Positions 21,674 through 32,408 of a stretch of 64,000 nt of DNA are shown here, one piece after another. The first letter of the stretch is position 1. Each line of letters begins with the position of its first letter. The position numbers and the translations under genes were made by a program. Where the stretch lies: the NCBI GenBank assembly GCA_016840035.1, contig JAEOTC010000038.1, positions 1 to 64,000 of the forward strand, in the 5' to 3' direction. The DNA is from Candidatus Hodarchaeota archaeon. Its GTDB lineage: Archaea; Asgardarchaeota; Heimdallarchaeia; Hodarchaeales; Hodarchaeaceae. The notes under the pieces are model-generated. The model was given only the letters and a program-made list of their open reading frames with translations, did not search any database and was not told the DNA's origin.

Positions 21674-23443
21674 ATGAGAGAAATAGTTAAAAAATTTCCC
21701 CAAAGGATGGACGCACGAATGAACGAATATCCAGCCACTGTGAACGTCTCCCCTCCACACGGACACTCACCCATGTATGTTATGCACAAATTTTTTGGGA
21801 GAAAACAAGAAAGACTGATCAATCATTATATAAGGACATTTACACAAGACGAGGGAGAAATTGTCTTAGATCCATTTTGTGGGAGCGGAGTTACCTTAGG
21901 TGAAACCCTAAGACTAAAAAGGAAGGCTATAGGAGTAGATATTAATCCTATTTCCGTATTTGTTACAAGAAATACACTCACCTTTATTTCTGGAAAAAAA
22001 ATCTTAGAGGAATTTAAAGCAATAGAAAATGACTTAAAAAATGAAATTTCCAATTTATATAAAACTACATGCTCTAAATGTGGAAAAAAAGTTACAGCAA
22101 TTTGTTTTTCTTGGCAAGATTCTAACCTATACGATAAACGCTACTTCTGCTCTCAAGATGGTAAGAGAGTAGAAAAAACAGACTTTAAAGATATTGAACA
22201 GTACAATGGAATTAGAAGTTATTTTGAAAACGAGTTTAATAATCTTAATGAATCCAGTACTTATTGGTTTCCTAAAAATCCTCTCTATTACTCTAATGGG
22301 AGGGCTTTTCTTAAGAAGGAGAGGTATAATCATATACATGAACTTTTCACGAAAAGGAACATAGCAAGTCTTGCCTTACTTCTTCATAGAATTAACCAGA
22401 TATCTCCACAAGACCTTCGGAGTTCCTTTCTCTTTGCTTTTTCTAGTATGGTCCACCTAGCTTCGAAGATGACCCCAGTCAGGCCAACAAGACCTTTTAG
22501 TTCTTCTTGGATTCAACCGAGTTACTGGTATTGCCCTCATAATATGGAATCAAATGTTTGGGAGCTATTTGAGCGTGCCATCATCGGTAAACAGGGATTA
22601 TTAAAGGCAAAACGGGATTTAAATAGAAAAATACAGAATATTAAAAAAGTAAACACTTTTTCTGAGCTAGAAACATCCCCTAATCCAACCTATTTTCTGA
22701 TCAATACTGATATTACAAGATTAACTCAAATTCCTGAGAATTCAGTCGATTACGTAATTACTGATCCTCCTTATGGACATTCCATTCAATATGGTGAGCT
22801 ACTATATCTATGGGGATCATGGTTGAATGTTGTGAACGATTACAATGAGACTTTTCAGGATGAAATTATAATTAACCATAGACAAGACAAGAGTATTTCT
22901 GAATATGAATCACTGTTGAAACTGGCTTTAAATAAGATATATCTGACTCTGAAACCAGATAAATTCTGTACAATCACATTTCATAGTCCAAATCTCACAA
23001 TTCGAAATCTATTATATCGTTCAGCAATTCAGACTGGATTTATTTTTGATGAACTTGTCTTTCATGCCCCAGCACGAGCATCAGCTAAAAGTCTTCTTCA
23101 ACCTGCAGGATCTCAACAAGGAGATTTCTTCTTTCACTTTAAAAAGCCATTAAAGAAATTAAAACAAGTATTCCAACCTATTACAGGAGAAGAGCTAGAA
23201 AAATGGATAGTGGAAATCGTTAAAGATATCATAGTTAAGGAAGAAAATCCCTTGCCTTATAATCAAATACAAAATAAATTAGATCCGTTTTTATATGAAA
23301 AATTGTATAAATCCAAACTTCTGTTGAATTTCAATCCTAAGGAAGTTAAAAAAACTTTAAAGAAATACATTGGTATAGAATTTTCACTTTTCGAGAACCC
23401 AGATGGTAAATCTAAGAATGATATTCTTTGGGGGCTTGTTTGA
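21674..23443 (+). CDS. DNA amino-methyltransferase (N6A/N4C)
   Basis: LDPFCGSG (motif I), TDPPY (motif IV), CxxC insert. Confidence 0.88.
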   Translation: MREIVKKFPQRMDARMNEYPATVNVSPPHGHSPMYVMHKFFGRKQERLINHYIRTFTQDEGEIVLDPFCGSGVTLGETLRLKRKAIGVDINPISVFVTRNTLTFISGKKILEEFKAIENDLKNEISNLYKTTCSKCGKKVTAICFSWQDSNLYDKRYFCSQDGKRVEKTDFKDIEQYNGIRSYFENEFNNLNESSTYWFPKNPLYYSNGRAFLKKERYNHIHELFTKRNIASLALLLHRINQISPQDLRSSFLFAFSSMVHLASKMTPVRPTRPFSSSWIQPSYWYCPHNMESNVWELFERAIIGKQGLLKAKRDLNRKIQNIKKVNTFSELETSPNPTYFLINTDITRLTQIPENSVDYVITDPPYGHSIQYGELLYLWGSWLNVVNDYNETFQDEIIINHRQDKSISEYESLLKLALNKIYLTLKPDKFCTITFHSPNLTIRNLLYRSAIQTGFIFDELVFHAPARASAKSLLQPAGSQQGDFFFHFKKPLKKLKQVFQPITGEELEKWIVEIVKDIIVKEENPLPYNQIQNKLDPFLYEKLYKSKLLLNFNPKEVKKTLKKYIGIEFSLFENPDGKSKNDILWGLV

Positions 23444-23548
23444 TGAGGGTTCAAGCTCGAAGATTACAGTTTTGTTCAGAAACTAATTAATAAAATATCA
23501 ACGATACATATTTTTATCAACAAAATTGCCTTCTATTTTGATATTCTA

Positions 23549-24127
23549 TTGAAGGTTATGATATGGAATGGAAATAATATGTCACTGGACCTTAACCACG
23601 TCATAGATGATTTTAATAAGTCTGGATTAGACAAATTGATAGAAAAATTAGATCACGTAGCTTACAGAGTGAAAAGGGGAGAACGATTAACCACTATGCA
23701 AGCTATGATGAATTTACTACCTTATCGCGAGTTCAAGAACTTCAAAATCATCAAAGCAGATGCAATTACTACATGTATTAAGCTTCATGAGACCCTCCCT
23801 GTAATAGTAATTTCTGAAGGACTCAGTGAAGATTCCATTGTGGAAAAATATTGTCAAAAATATGGATCGCGTGTCCATCATTTAGCCTACTTGGTCAAAG
23901 ATATAGAAAAAGTCGTAGAAATTCAAAAATCCCGAGGAGTGGAGTTTACAAGCGATCAGGTTATTGGTAGCGTATCAGAAGGCATAAAGCAAATTTTTAC
24001 AATGCCAACAGAGACCACAAATCACATCGTTGAATATATCCAACGTTTTGGAGATTTTGATGGATTTTTCACTCCAAGTAATGTGGAAAACTTGATGATC
24101 TCTACTGCTAAGCTTGGAGAAGCATGA
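23549..24127 (+). CDS. VOC/glyoxalase family (HPPD-like) protein
   Basis: LDHVA, VHHLAY, KQIFT, EYIQR metal-ligand motifs. Confidence 0.8.
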   Translation: MKVMIWNGNNMSLDLNHVIDDFNKSGLDKLIEKLDHVAYRVKRGERLTTMQAMMNLLPYREFKNFKIIKADAITTCIKLHETLPVIVISEGLSEDSIVEKYCQKYGSRVHHLAYLVKDIEKVVEIQKSRGVEFTSDQVIGSVSEGIKQIFTMPTETTNHIVEYIQRFGDFDGFFTPSNVENLMISTAKLGEA

Positions 24128-24151
24128 TCACGTCTGAATGAAAATAATGGA

Positions 24152-25255
24152 TTGACATATCTTATGGTAGAGCACGAACACTGGGCAATCTTTGTTGAAG
24201 GAGAGGAGGTAAAATGGACATTTGGGGATCCTAAAGAGGATTTTCAACAAATTGTTGTCGATTTTTTAAAAGGTCTTAGGTCGTTCGGGGAAGAACTCTT
24301 CGGCGAAGGGATTGCTAGTATCACCTTTGATCTTCCTCAATATTCAGGTACGAAAACAGCCGAAATATTCATTGTTTCACTTCATAATCATTTTTATTTT
24401 ATTATCAGCAATCCCGCAACTACTCTGATGTTAATATCTTCAAAAGAAGGTATTCCTTTCAATATCAAGGAAGTAATGACTGCAGTTCTGGTGGGACAGC
24501 TCTCAATTTTATATGCTACCAGTATTGAAGATGTGAACGAGAAAGACAAATATAGAATTACGAAGCAATTCCAAAACATAATCCTTGATATCAACCCAAT
24601 TTATATTGAGAATAACAAGGTAGAAACCATAGTCGGGAAATCTGGAACAAATTTTGGTATTCTATCATTAGAAGAATGTATGCTATTCCATTATTTCTTA
24701 AGAAAGAAAGCAGAACAGGCTGATTATATTTCTCCGACGAGTTGGTGTTTAATCTCTCATCAAGATGGAGGAGACATTCCCTTTTCCTATAATGTTGAAG
24801 ATGATGTGCTACTCGGTGGATATTTTGCCGCAATCATTGGCCTATTATCAACATTATTTAACTCCAAACCACGATTCCTTGCTTTTGGGAGTTCTAGTAT
24901 AAGAAAACTACGTTTCATTTATGGAAACGAATTTTTTATGGCGATTGATAAGAGATTCATGCTTGATCTCCTTCTAACTCGCAAATTCCAGAAACAATTC
25001 TTTGAATCAAGCTATTCAGTGATTAAAGATATCGCGATTGGAATAAAAGATCTAATTATAGAGGAAATATTACAGCTAAGCGAGGAAAAACTTAGGGTGT
25101 TTTCAGCAGAAGATTTACTAGATTTGTACATTGGAGAAACAACAGAAACTATGACCTTCGCATTTGGGGATGATGAGGAAGATTCAGAACTACTTCGAGA
25201 AGAACAAATTAATCAATTACTAAGAGTTTGGGGAAGACTCTTGACAGAATTATGA
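24152..25255 (+). CDS. hypothetical protein with putative tandem longin-like domains
   Basis: DFLKGLRSFGEELFG and LLGGYFAAIIGLLSTLF helices, each flanked by beta strands. Confidence 0.55.
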   Translation: MTYLMVEHEHWAIFVEGEEVKWTFGDPKEDFQQIVVDFLKGLRSFGEELFGEGIASITFDLPQYSGTKTAEIFIVSLHNHFYFIISNPATTLMLISSKEGIPFNIKEVMTAVLVGQLSILYATSIEDVNEKDKYRITKQFQNIILDINPIYIENNKVETIVGKSGTNFGILSLEECMLFHYFLRKKAEQADYISPTSWCLISHQDGGDIPFSYNVEDDVLLGGYFAAIIGLLSTLFNSKPRFLAFGSSSIRKLRFIYGNEFFMAIDKRFMLDLLLTRKFQKQFFESSYSVIKDIAIGIKDLIIEEILQLSEEKLRVFSAEDLLDLYIGETTETMTFAFGDDEEDSELLREEQINQLLRVWGRLLTEL

Positions 25256-25290
25256 GATCAGCCTTTCTATTACTAGGGAGAAAAAATGGA

Positions 25291-25839
25291 TTAGTCTAAT
25301 TCTACATCACATGAACCTTGAGTTGTAGATATAAAGGATTTTGACTTGGAAATTAGAGACTGTAAAAACTGAGTTAATTTTTCCCTATTGAGAGTCTTAA
25401 ATTCATGAAGGGAGAGATTCAGATTGGCTAGATCGTCATTGATAGCACTTTGTGTCTCGGAATCAATTTTACCTATACTAATGAAAACTGGTTGTACGTC
25501 TACAGTGTCATAAAGATGTTTAAATAGTGCATAATCTCTTTTTACTTCATTGAAGTATTTTATATCCATTTTGTCGAAGATGTAGATCATACCAATTGAA
25601 CCATGGAAATCTCTCAAACGAGAATTATTGATTTGGCTTTCCAAGTGCAATCTTTTAAGATGAAGTCGAACTAAAACGCTATTAATTTCAATTCGTCTCT
25701 CGGTGAGGGAATTCGATTGAAGTGAATTTACCTCAATGTCTCCTAACTCTAACATGAAATTCCTAACTAATTCGGGAGGAGAGCCAGCTATTGAAATCTT
25801 AAAAGGAAATTCTCTTCTAAGCATAAGAAGAACAACCAA
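25291..25839 (-). CDS. degenerate Ras-like small GTPase fold protein
   Basis: FKISIAG, HGSIGMIYIFD, SIGKID; lacks the GKS/T P-loop. Confidence 0.55.
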   Translation of the reverse strand: MVVLLMLRREFPFKISIAGSPPELVRNFMLELGDIEVNSLQSNSLTERRIEINSVLVRLHLKRLHLESQINNSRLRDFHGSIGMIYIFDKMDIKYFNEVKRDYALFKHLYDTVDVQPVFISIGKIDSETQSAINDDLANLNLSLHEFKTLNREKLTQFLQSLISKSKSFISTTQGSCDVELD

Positions 25840-25900
25840 TTAGTTATCTTAAGAAGAATTTCTTTGGAATTCCGAATTAATTTCTTATTGAATCGTAAAG

Positions 25901-26176
25901 TTAACAACATTGGCTAGACTTCTCAGGTAAATGGAGAATCTTACGAATTTTTTTACGAACCACGCTTGACACACACCCACATCCGTGAGGGTGAGCTAGT
26001 ATTGCATCTTGGGGACATTGTAGTGCGCATGCTCCACATTCAATACACTTCTTCTCCTCGATTATTTCTGCTTTATTATCTTTATTTAAAGTAATAATTT
26101 GATGTGGACAAACATCTAAGCACCAAGAACATCCATTACATCGCTCTACAAATATGACTGCAACCATTTCTATCAC
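25901..26176 (-). CDS. 2x[4Fe-4S] ferredoxin, HgcB-like
   Basis: CNGCSWCLDVCP, CIECGACALQCP, GCGC and terminal CC. Confidence 0.85.
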   Translation of the reverse strand: MIEMVAVIFVERCNGCSWCLDVCPHQIITLNKDNKAEIIEEKKCIECGACALQCPQDAILAHPHGCGCVSSVVRKKIRKILHLPEKSSQCC

Positions 26177-26179
26177 ATC

Positions 26180-27850
26180 TCAAACTAATAGGTGTTTAAT
26201 ATCATTTTCAATTAGTGGTATGATTATTGCTATAAGACAAAGTATCACTGCGGGTATCATAAATAATGTGAGGTCACTTTCAACATCTAGATGATTTGTA
26301 TAAGGTGTATTTCCAGCAAGATCTAGAACTATGAATATACTTACCACAGATGTCAGAGCTATCCAAAATATTACCGTGAACAATGAATCAGTTTTTCCTT
26401 GTGTAATTAGGAGGAGAATCGTCCCAAAGATATTAAGTGTTGCCATCACAAGGCCCTTCTTAAAGAAAGAGGATGTGAAATCGAAAAATGGATAAAACCA
26501 GATAAATGCAAAATTTGTCACCAATCCAATAATTAAGAGCTGTAAAACAACAACAACCCAAAATGAGGTCAAAGGAATTTGTATAACCGCTAAAATTCCA
26601 AGAATCAATAATAAGGGTAAGAAAAGAACACAACCGACGAAAAAAGCGTGTTGAATTCCCATAAGAGTTCTAAAGGGAACATTAAATGTGATTCTGGAGC
26701 TTTCAGGTTCTTTAGTGTATAATTTCAAGAAGGAATTTATATCTCCGATATCTACAGGCCCAAAATTAGGTTTCCATCCAGCTTTAGCCAATACTTTGCG
26801 ATCTACTCCCGTTGCTGACAGTTGGGGTAAAATAAGTGAAGAATGATCAATATGATCTCTGAGATTAAATAATCTAATTGCTTCTAATATTTGTGTATGC
26901 GTAAAATGGCCTCCGCCTGCGGCACACCAGACATTGATACCATCAGAATCAATGATCAACAAAAAACAATCAATTTTTTCTTTACAAAGTGTATTATAGA
27001 CCGAATTCACAGTCCAATAGTAATTCGCGGTTACAATTACTGGTGAAGATCTTTGAGGAGTCCCAATTCGATATAATCCAGGTATGATACTTTTTCGTGT
27101 GAATATTCCATTGATAATGCAGTATCCCGTCTTAAGTCGTGGAAACTGGCCAAGAAGAGATTCCAAGGAAGAATATTCTGTAGTTATTGCGGAGGTATCT
27201 TTCAGTTTTGTTACTTCAAACAATTTCACGGTATTCTTTTTATACAACAGAGTGTATTCAAAAAGGTGAGAAAGCTTTCTTTCTAGGTTCTTAACCGGAG
27301 ATGTTGAAGATATGTCTTTGAAGATGGATATCTGATCACGTACGAAATTAGAAGTGGAAAACTTAAGTTTAGAGAATCTAGATACCGGAGTAGTGTCAGC
27401 TGCAAGATAAAATATTCCTTCATCTTTAAGAAATTGATCGATTTGTTTTAAGAATAACTTTTGTTGTAAAGATGAAAATTCAGAGAGTGCAAATGTAGAA
27501 ATTATAAAATCAAACTTTCCAGAGCTCCCTAAACGCTCAATAATTGAACTTGAGAGAAAATTACCTTGAAGAAATTCAACCCTAGTACTTTCTTGCCTTG
27601 CTGTCTCTTTTGCGAAGTCTATCATTTCCTCTGAGATGTCAATAGCAATAACCTCATGGCCTTGCTGCGCAAGATCAAGTGATAAACGTCCAGTTCCAGA
27701 ACCAATCTCAAGCACACGTCCCTGCTTACTAATTCTAGATTTTATCACGTCGTATATTAATTCGGCCTCTGGAAATTTCTTTTTAAACTCCAGATCATAA
27801 GTTTGAGGATCTTTTTCCAAAGCTTTCATATAAACAAGAGACATGGTCAA
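26180..27850 (-). CDS. class I SAM methyltransferase fused to HgcA-like corrinoid and TM domain
   Basis: LEIGSGTG; PGLYRIG, PVIVTANY, GINVWCAAGGG, LILPQLSATGV, FGPV; about 5 C-terminal TM helices. Confidence 0.85.
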   Translation of the reverse strand: MTMSLVYMKALEKDPQTYDLEFKKKFPEAELIYDVIKSRISKQGRVLEIGSGTGRLSLDLAQQGHEVIAIDISEEMIDFAKETARQESTRVEFLQGNFLSSSIIERLGSSGKFDFIISTFALSEFSSLQQKLFLKQIDQFLKDEGIFYLAADTTPVSRFSKLKFSTSNFVRDQISIFKDISSTSPVKNLERKLSHLFEYTLLYKKNTVKLFEVTKLKDTSAITTEYSSLESLLGQFPRLKTGYCIINGIFTRKSIIPGLYRIGTPQRSSPVIVTANYYWTVNSVYNTLCKEKIDCFLLIIDSDGINVWCAAGGGHFTHTQILEAIRLFNLRDHIDHSSLILPQLSATGVDRKVLAKAGWKPNFGPVDIGDINSFLKLYTKEPESSRITFNVPFRTLMGIQHAFFVGCVLFLPLLLILGILAVIQIPLTSFWVVVVLQLLIIGLVTNFAFIWFYPFFDFTSSFFKKGLVMATLNIFGTILLLITQGKTDSLFTVIFWIALTSVVSIFIVLDLAGNTPYTNHLDVESDLTLFMIPAVILCLIAIIIPLIENDIKHLLV

Positions 27851-27953
27851 ACAAGAGGAGAAATGCCTCCATAGTTAAATAATTGTAGTTAGATAAAAAC
27901 AATCTAGACATTACTTCAGTACATCTCTAAAGGGATTTATCAATATTTTTTTT

Positions 27954-28535
27954 CTAATCTAATTCCTTAATCGCATTATACCGGTAACAATTTGTTACAT
28001 GATCATTAACCATACCTATCGACTGCATATAGGCATAACAAATAGTAGGCCCTACAAAATTAAACCCACGCTTCTTTAGATCTTTACTAATTTCTTCTGA
28101 AAGGGGAGTCGATGCAGGAAGCTCAGAAAGTGATTTGAAACGATTATGAATCGGTTTAAATTTCACAAAGGACCAAATATATTCGTTAAAAGAATTAAAC
28201 TCTTTTTGTACTTCAATGAACATCTGTGCATTATTAATTGCACTCTTTACTTTCAGTTTATTTCGTATGATTCCTTTGTCTTCTATTAGGCGGGAGAAAT
28301 CCTGATCTGTAAATTGAGCTACCTTTAGAACGTCAAAATTAGCGAATGCTTTACGGTACCCATTCCGACGTTTTAAGATGGTTGCCCAACTTAACCCAGC
28401 TTGTGCTCCTTCCAATATCAATAATTCAAATAATTCCAGGTCATCATGTACAGGTACTCCCCATTCTTTATCATGATAATCACGCATTAGCTTATCCTCT
28501 CCGGCCCATTCACATCGTTCTACCTTCTTACCCAC
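27954..28535 (-). CDS. tag: DNA-3-methyladenine glycosylase I
   Basis: RCEWA, YHDKEWG, LEGAQAGLSW, FVGPT, GMVNDH..C. Confidence 0.95.
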   Translation of the reverse strand: MGKKVERCEWAGEDKLMRDYHDKEWGVPVHDDLELFELLILEGAQAGLSWATILKRRNGYRKAFANFDVLKVAQFTDQDFSRLIEDKGIIRNKLKVKSAINNAQMFIEVQKEFNSFNEYIWSFVKFKPIHNRFKSLSELPASTPLSEEISKDLKKRGFNFVGPTICYAYMQSIGMVNDHVTNCYRYNAIKELD

Positions 28536-28704
28536 TTTTAGTCACCTAAATCTCTGATATCTGTTCTTTCCTCTTGGTTATAATCGTATCCAAGCAACAA
28601 AGCATACAGACAACAGCTAGAGTTAAATAAAAAGTATCAAAGGATCATTCATATCGTCCCCCATAACAATATCAGAAACCATCAATTATAGAGCGGTTGT
28701 AGCA

Positions 28705-29574
28705 ATGAGTGATTTCTTTAATTTGGTAAATAACAAGCAAGAAAATGCAAAAAACATTTTCGTCCTCGGAATATCATGGGATAAATCATCCTCTTATCGG
28801 CTAGGTGCTCTCAAAGGTCCTAATTATATTAGAAACTCTACATCATCACAAATTTACAATAGTTTTACTGAAACAGGGATTGACTTATCTCAACGATGGA
28901 ATGTGATCGATCTAGGAAATATCAATACAGCGTTTGAGGACCTTGATAAACTTATAACTAACATTCGTGACCGAATTGTTGAACATAGGAGTAAAGAACC
29001 AATTTTCTTTTTAGGAGGGGATCATTTAGTTACATACCTCTGTCTACATGCACTAAATCCTAAAAATACGGGTATAATCTATTTTGACGCTCACCCAGAT
29101 CTTTATGAAAACTATGAAGGTGACAAATTTTCGCACGCTTGTGTATTACAGCGAGTGTTCGAGTATACGGACATTATGCCTCATAACCTTGTTCAAATTG
29201 GGATTAGGGCATCCACAAAACCTCAAAGGGATTTTTCCGAAGAAAATGGAATTCTTGTTTATTCTAGAAAGGAAGCACAAAAACTAGAGTTAGAGAAAAT
29301 TAAGAATCAGATCAAAGAAAAACTTGGACATCTGGAACAGATATATGTATCATTTGATATGGATGTTTTAGATCCAGCTTTTGCACCTGGAGTTGGAAAT
29401 CCCGAACCAGCAGGACTTTCAACGTCTAATATTATAGATTTGATTCATGAACTAAGAGGATTGCCAATCAAATTCTTTGATATAGTCGAAGTAAATCCAA
29501 CTCATGATTATTCTAATATTACCGCGTGTGCTGCAGCTAAAATAATTAAAGAAATGTTAGGAGTAATTCCTTAA
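28705..29574 (+). CDS. speB: agmatinase (ureohydrolase)
   Basis: GGDH, DAHPD, SHA, DMDVLDP. Confidence 0.88.
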   Translation: MSDFFNLVNNKQENAKNIFVLGISWDKSSSYRLGALKGPNYIRNSTSSQIYNSFTETGIDLSQRWNVIDLGNINTAFEDLDKLITNIRDRIVEHRSKEPIFFLGGDHLVTYLCLHALNPKNTGIIYFDAHPDLYENYEGDKFSHACVLQRVFEYTDIMPHNLVQIGIRASTKPQRDFSEENGILVYSRKEAQKLELEKIKNQIKEKLGHLEQIYVSFDMDVLDPAFAPGVGNPEPAGLSTSNIIDLIHELRGLPIKFFDIVEVNPTHDYSNITACAAAKIIKEMLGVIP

Positions 29575-29622
29575 CTCATTAAGGGTTTAGATTTTAAACA
29601 GAACTGTTCAAGTGTAATTGAA

Positions 29623-30201
29623 TTGTCAATCCCGTTGAAAATCAAAGTAAAGGTAATTTATTTTCTGAATGAAGAGTTTTCATCCCAAGAAACAGTCATT
29701 GTAGAAAAAAAACGATCAGAATCTATGTTGCACATAGTTCTCAAGCTCTTCGCATTATTATATTTCTTTAAAAGCACCCATCAGTTAATTTTAGAGCCAA
29801 AAGTGCGAGTTCGGGGTTTTAGACCTGATTTAGTCTCATATAGACCTTCAGAAATTCCCAGTGAGGTCGAACCTGAAGTTGACCTTTGGATTGAATGTAA
29901 GAAAGTTAAAATCTCGAAACTAAAGACCCTTGCACAATATTTGCCTTTTTCACAGATATATTGGTTCCACTTAGATCATATGTTGAGAAAGAAAAGAATT
30001 GACCTTGAAGGATTATCAGAGATAGAAATAATTGGTGTTAATATTACTAAAAGAGATCTTGCAATTCTTGAGAATAGTTTAATTACTCAATCCCCAATTT
30101 GGAACGTAAAACAAGATGGAGGTTCAAATATTACTATTACCACGCTGAATTCAGAAATCTGTATAGAATTTATAAATATCAAGACGAAAAGTGATCACTG
30201 A
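29623..30201 (+). CDS. YaeQ-like PD-(D/E)XK fold protein
   Basis: SESMLHIVLK, RPDL, LWIECK. Confidence 0.6.
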   Translation: MSIPLKIKVKVIYFLNEEFSSQETVIVEKKRSESMLHIVLKLFALLYFFKSTHQLILEPKVRVRGFRPDLVSYRPSEIPSEVEPEVDLWIECKKVKISKLKTLAQYLPFSQIYWFHLDHMLRKKRIDLEGLSEIEIIGVNITKRDLAILENSLITQSPIWNVKQDGGSNITITTLNSEICIEFINIKTKSDH

Positions 30202-30208
30202 TATAATT

Positions 30209-31309
30209 TTACATAGTTTTTGAGTAAAGACCTCTGGTTGCTTGGAGAATCTGTGCATCTGTTAGGATATGAGTATCAACAATGAATTGATCAACAGACC
30301 CTATTGGATATCTAACTCCATCTAGTGGAGGTATAATCAGTTTTCTAAGCTCATTTTTGATTTTTTGAGTATTTATGATCATTTGATCCCGTGAAAAGAA
30401 TTGAGTGGCATTTACGCTAATTTTTGGTGTAATTTGCAGGGAATTTTGGTAATCAAGAAGAACAAGATAAGCTTCGGTTAATAAATTCTCACGTTTTCTC
30501 CAATTGTCTTGGGTTAAAATTTCAAGAAGTATAGGTTGAAGATCAGTGGCAATTGGGAGAAAAGAAAAGGCAAATCCAAACCATTTTGAATATGGAACAT
30601 AGGTTTTACATAAAATAAATGCTAATCTAATTATATATCTTACAAGTCTAGTAGCAACCAGCCTAGACCCCAAATCGTCTCCTTTAGGAGCAGAACGGCC
30701 AACAAACGCCATTTCTTCCGAAATATGGTCCCACTCCGAGAGTATCTTGAAGTACCATACATTCTCAGGATAATAAGAAAAATACTTTCTGACCTTAGGA
30801 AGTTCTCCAAGAGATTGGTGAAATATTTTTCCAGCTGTTAATTCAAGTAGTCTTTGTTCTGGCAGAATTAACCAATCTATATCAGTTAAGTTGGTAGAAT
30901 CAATGCAAAGTACCTTTCGTAGGTATGAATTGACAGTAAAAATATCCACACGATGATTTACAAGACCCTCAGATGTTGGTTCGAGAAACTGGTTCATATT
31001 ATCATTTGGATCAGGTTTACTCCAGTGAGTTGAATATCCTTGAATACTATATGGGAGTTTCTGCCGTAGAAGTAAATCTATCTTCTGATGAAGACTATGA
31101 TAGTCGGTTTCTGAAAGGAATAACTGTAATCGCGGACCCCAGTGATGATCTGATGATATATGATCATCAAATCCTAGAACTTCAGACCCTGGGCCGATTA
31201 ATGATGCATCATATTGTAATAACGGATAGTATTTTTCTAAAAGGGGTTTAAGGGCGTCTTCAAAGAAAATCTGGCTCAATTTTAAACCTTGGATAAAAGA
31301 GGGACTCAT
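30209..31309 (-). CDS. DUF4037 nucleotidyltransferase-like protein
   Basis: GPGSEVLGFDDHISSDHHWGPR, YYPENVW, PYSKW. Confidence 0.85.
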   Translation of the reverse strand: MSPSFIQGLKLSQIFFEDALKPLLEKYYPLLQYDASLIGPGSEVLGFDDHISSDHHWGPRLQLFLSETDYHSLHQKIDLLLRQKLPYSIQGYSTHWSKPDPNDNMNQFLEPTSEGLVNHRVDIFTVNSYLRKVLCIDSTNLTDIDWLILPEQRLLELTAGKIFHQSLGELPKVRKYFSYYPENVWYFKILSEWDHISEEMAFVGRSAPKGDDLGSRLVATRLVRYIIRLAFILCKTYVPYSKWFGFAFSFLPIATDLQPILLEILTQDNWRKRENLLTEAYLVLLDYQNSLQITPKISVNATQFFSRDQMIINTQKIKNELRKLIIPPLDGVRYPIGSVDQFIVDTHILTDAQILQATRGLYSKTM

Positions 31310-31788
31310 AAATTAGCATTTCACTTCAGAGAGAAAAACTTTCAGATGAGAGAAAACTAAAGGTGGTGATTGAAAGTAAAAGTATATAGTCTATAACGCA
31401 GCTAAAACCTGTAAAACACAATTTTCTATTTGAAAACGACATAATTTTATGTTAAAGGGCTTACATCTTTAACAAATTTGGATTCATTTAGTATTCGTGA
31501 CTTTCAGTCTTCTTATACTGATTATATTATATAAATACCCAAGTATTTTGGAGTCTTTGCATGAAAAATGGGGATTTTCCGAAAATGAACTTCTCAAATT
31601 CGGTTTGACGCTCCTTCACTTATAAAACCCTATTATCAAAATAACTACACTTACTTTCTACCGAACACGACCATGGGAACTCTTCTCTGACAGAATCACG
31701 ATCAAGAAGAGATGATTGTTGAAATACTTTGGAAAATTTCTTTTATTAAATTGGTCGTCTCAGTACTTATCATTAATCTTTCAGAGTA

Positions 31789-32049
31789 TTAGAATTCTAT
31801 ATTATCTACCCTTTTACGAATCAATGTCTGAAGATCTTTCAAAGATTGACTACTCTCAGAAGTTTTTGAGGGTTGAATTTGACGAAATTTTTCTATCAAC
31901 AGTTTCTCTTCAGTGGTCACTCTCATGATGATATTCTTTGGATTTTCTGAGGTAAATCTACCTTTATTGTCTCTTTTCTGACTGTTCATTCTAGATAGCC
32001 TTCTTTGAATCCTCGTTACACGGATATTTCTGACAATCAAGTGAATCAT
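31789..32049 (-). CDS. small hypothetical protein with KRDNKGRF motif
   Basis: Short ORF divergent from the DUF1257 operon; start uncertain. Confidence 0.4.
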   Translation of the reverse strand: MIHLIVRNIRVTRIQRRLSRMNSQKRDNKGRFTSENPKNIIMRVTTEEKLLIEKFRQIQPSKTSESSQSLKDLQTLIRKRVDNIEF

Positions 32050-32408
32050 GTAATTATTTTTCGTTTATTTATATACTTCTTAGAAGATACCGTGGGGTGT
32101 CCCCATGGGGGGGAATCTGGGCCCAAGATGCGCTTTGAATGGGAGAGGTTAGTGAAAATGACAAACTTGTTCAAGAAAAAGAAAAAAATCATCTTAACAT
32201 TTTATTTTTCCGTGTTACACGGAGTAATAATCATCAGAAAATTTACTATCAGGTATCATATCAGATTTATGTTCTGAGTGCTCAATCAGTTCATTTGAAA
32301 CATATACTTTGCTTGAAAAATTGTTCATACTACTAACTTGGGGGGTCTGTGGACTTATCAACACTTTCTCACTTCTTTTTGAGTGTAACAATTTGAGGAG
32401 AAATAAAT

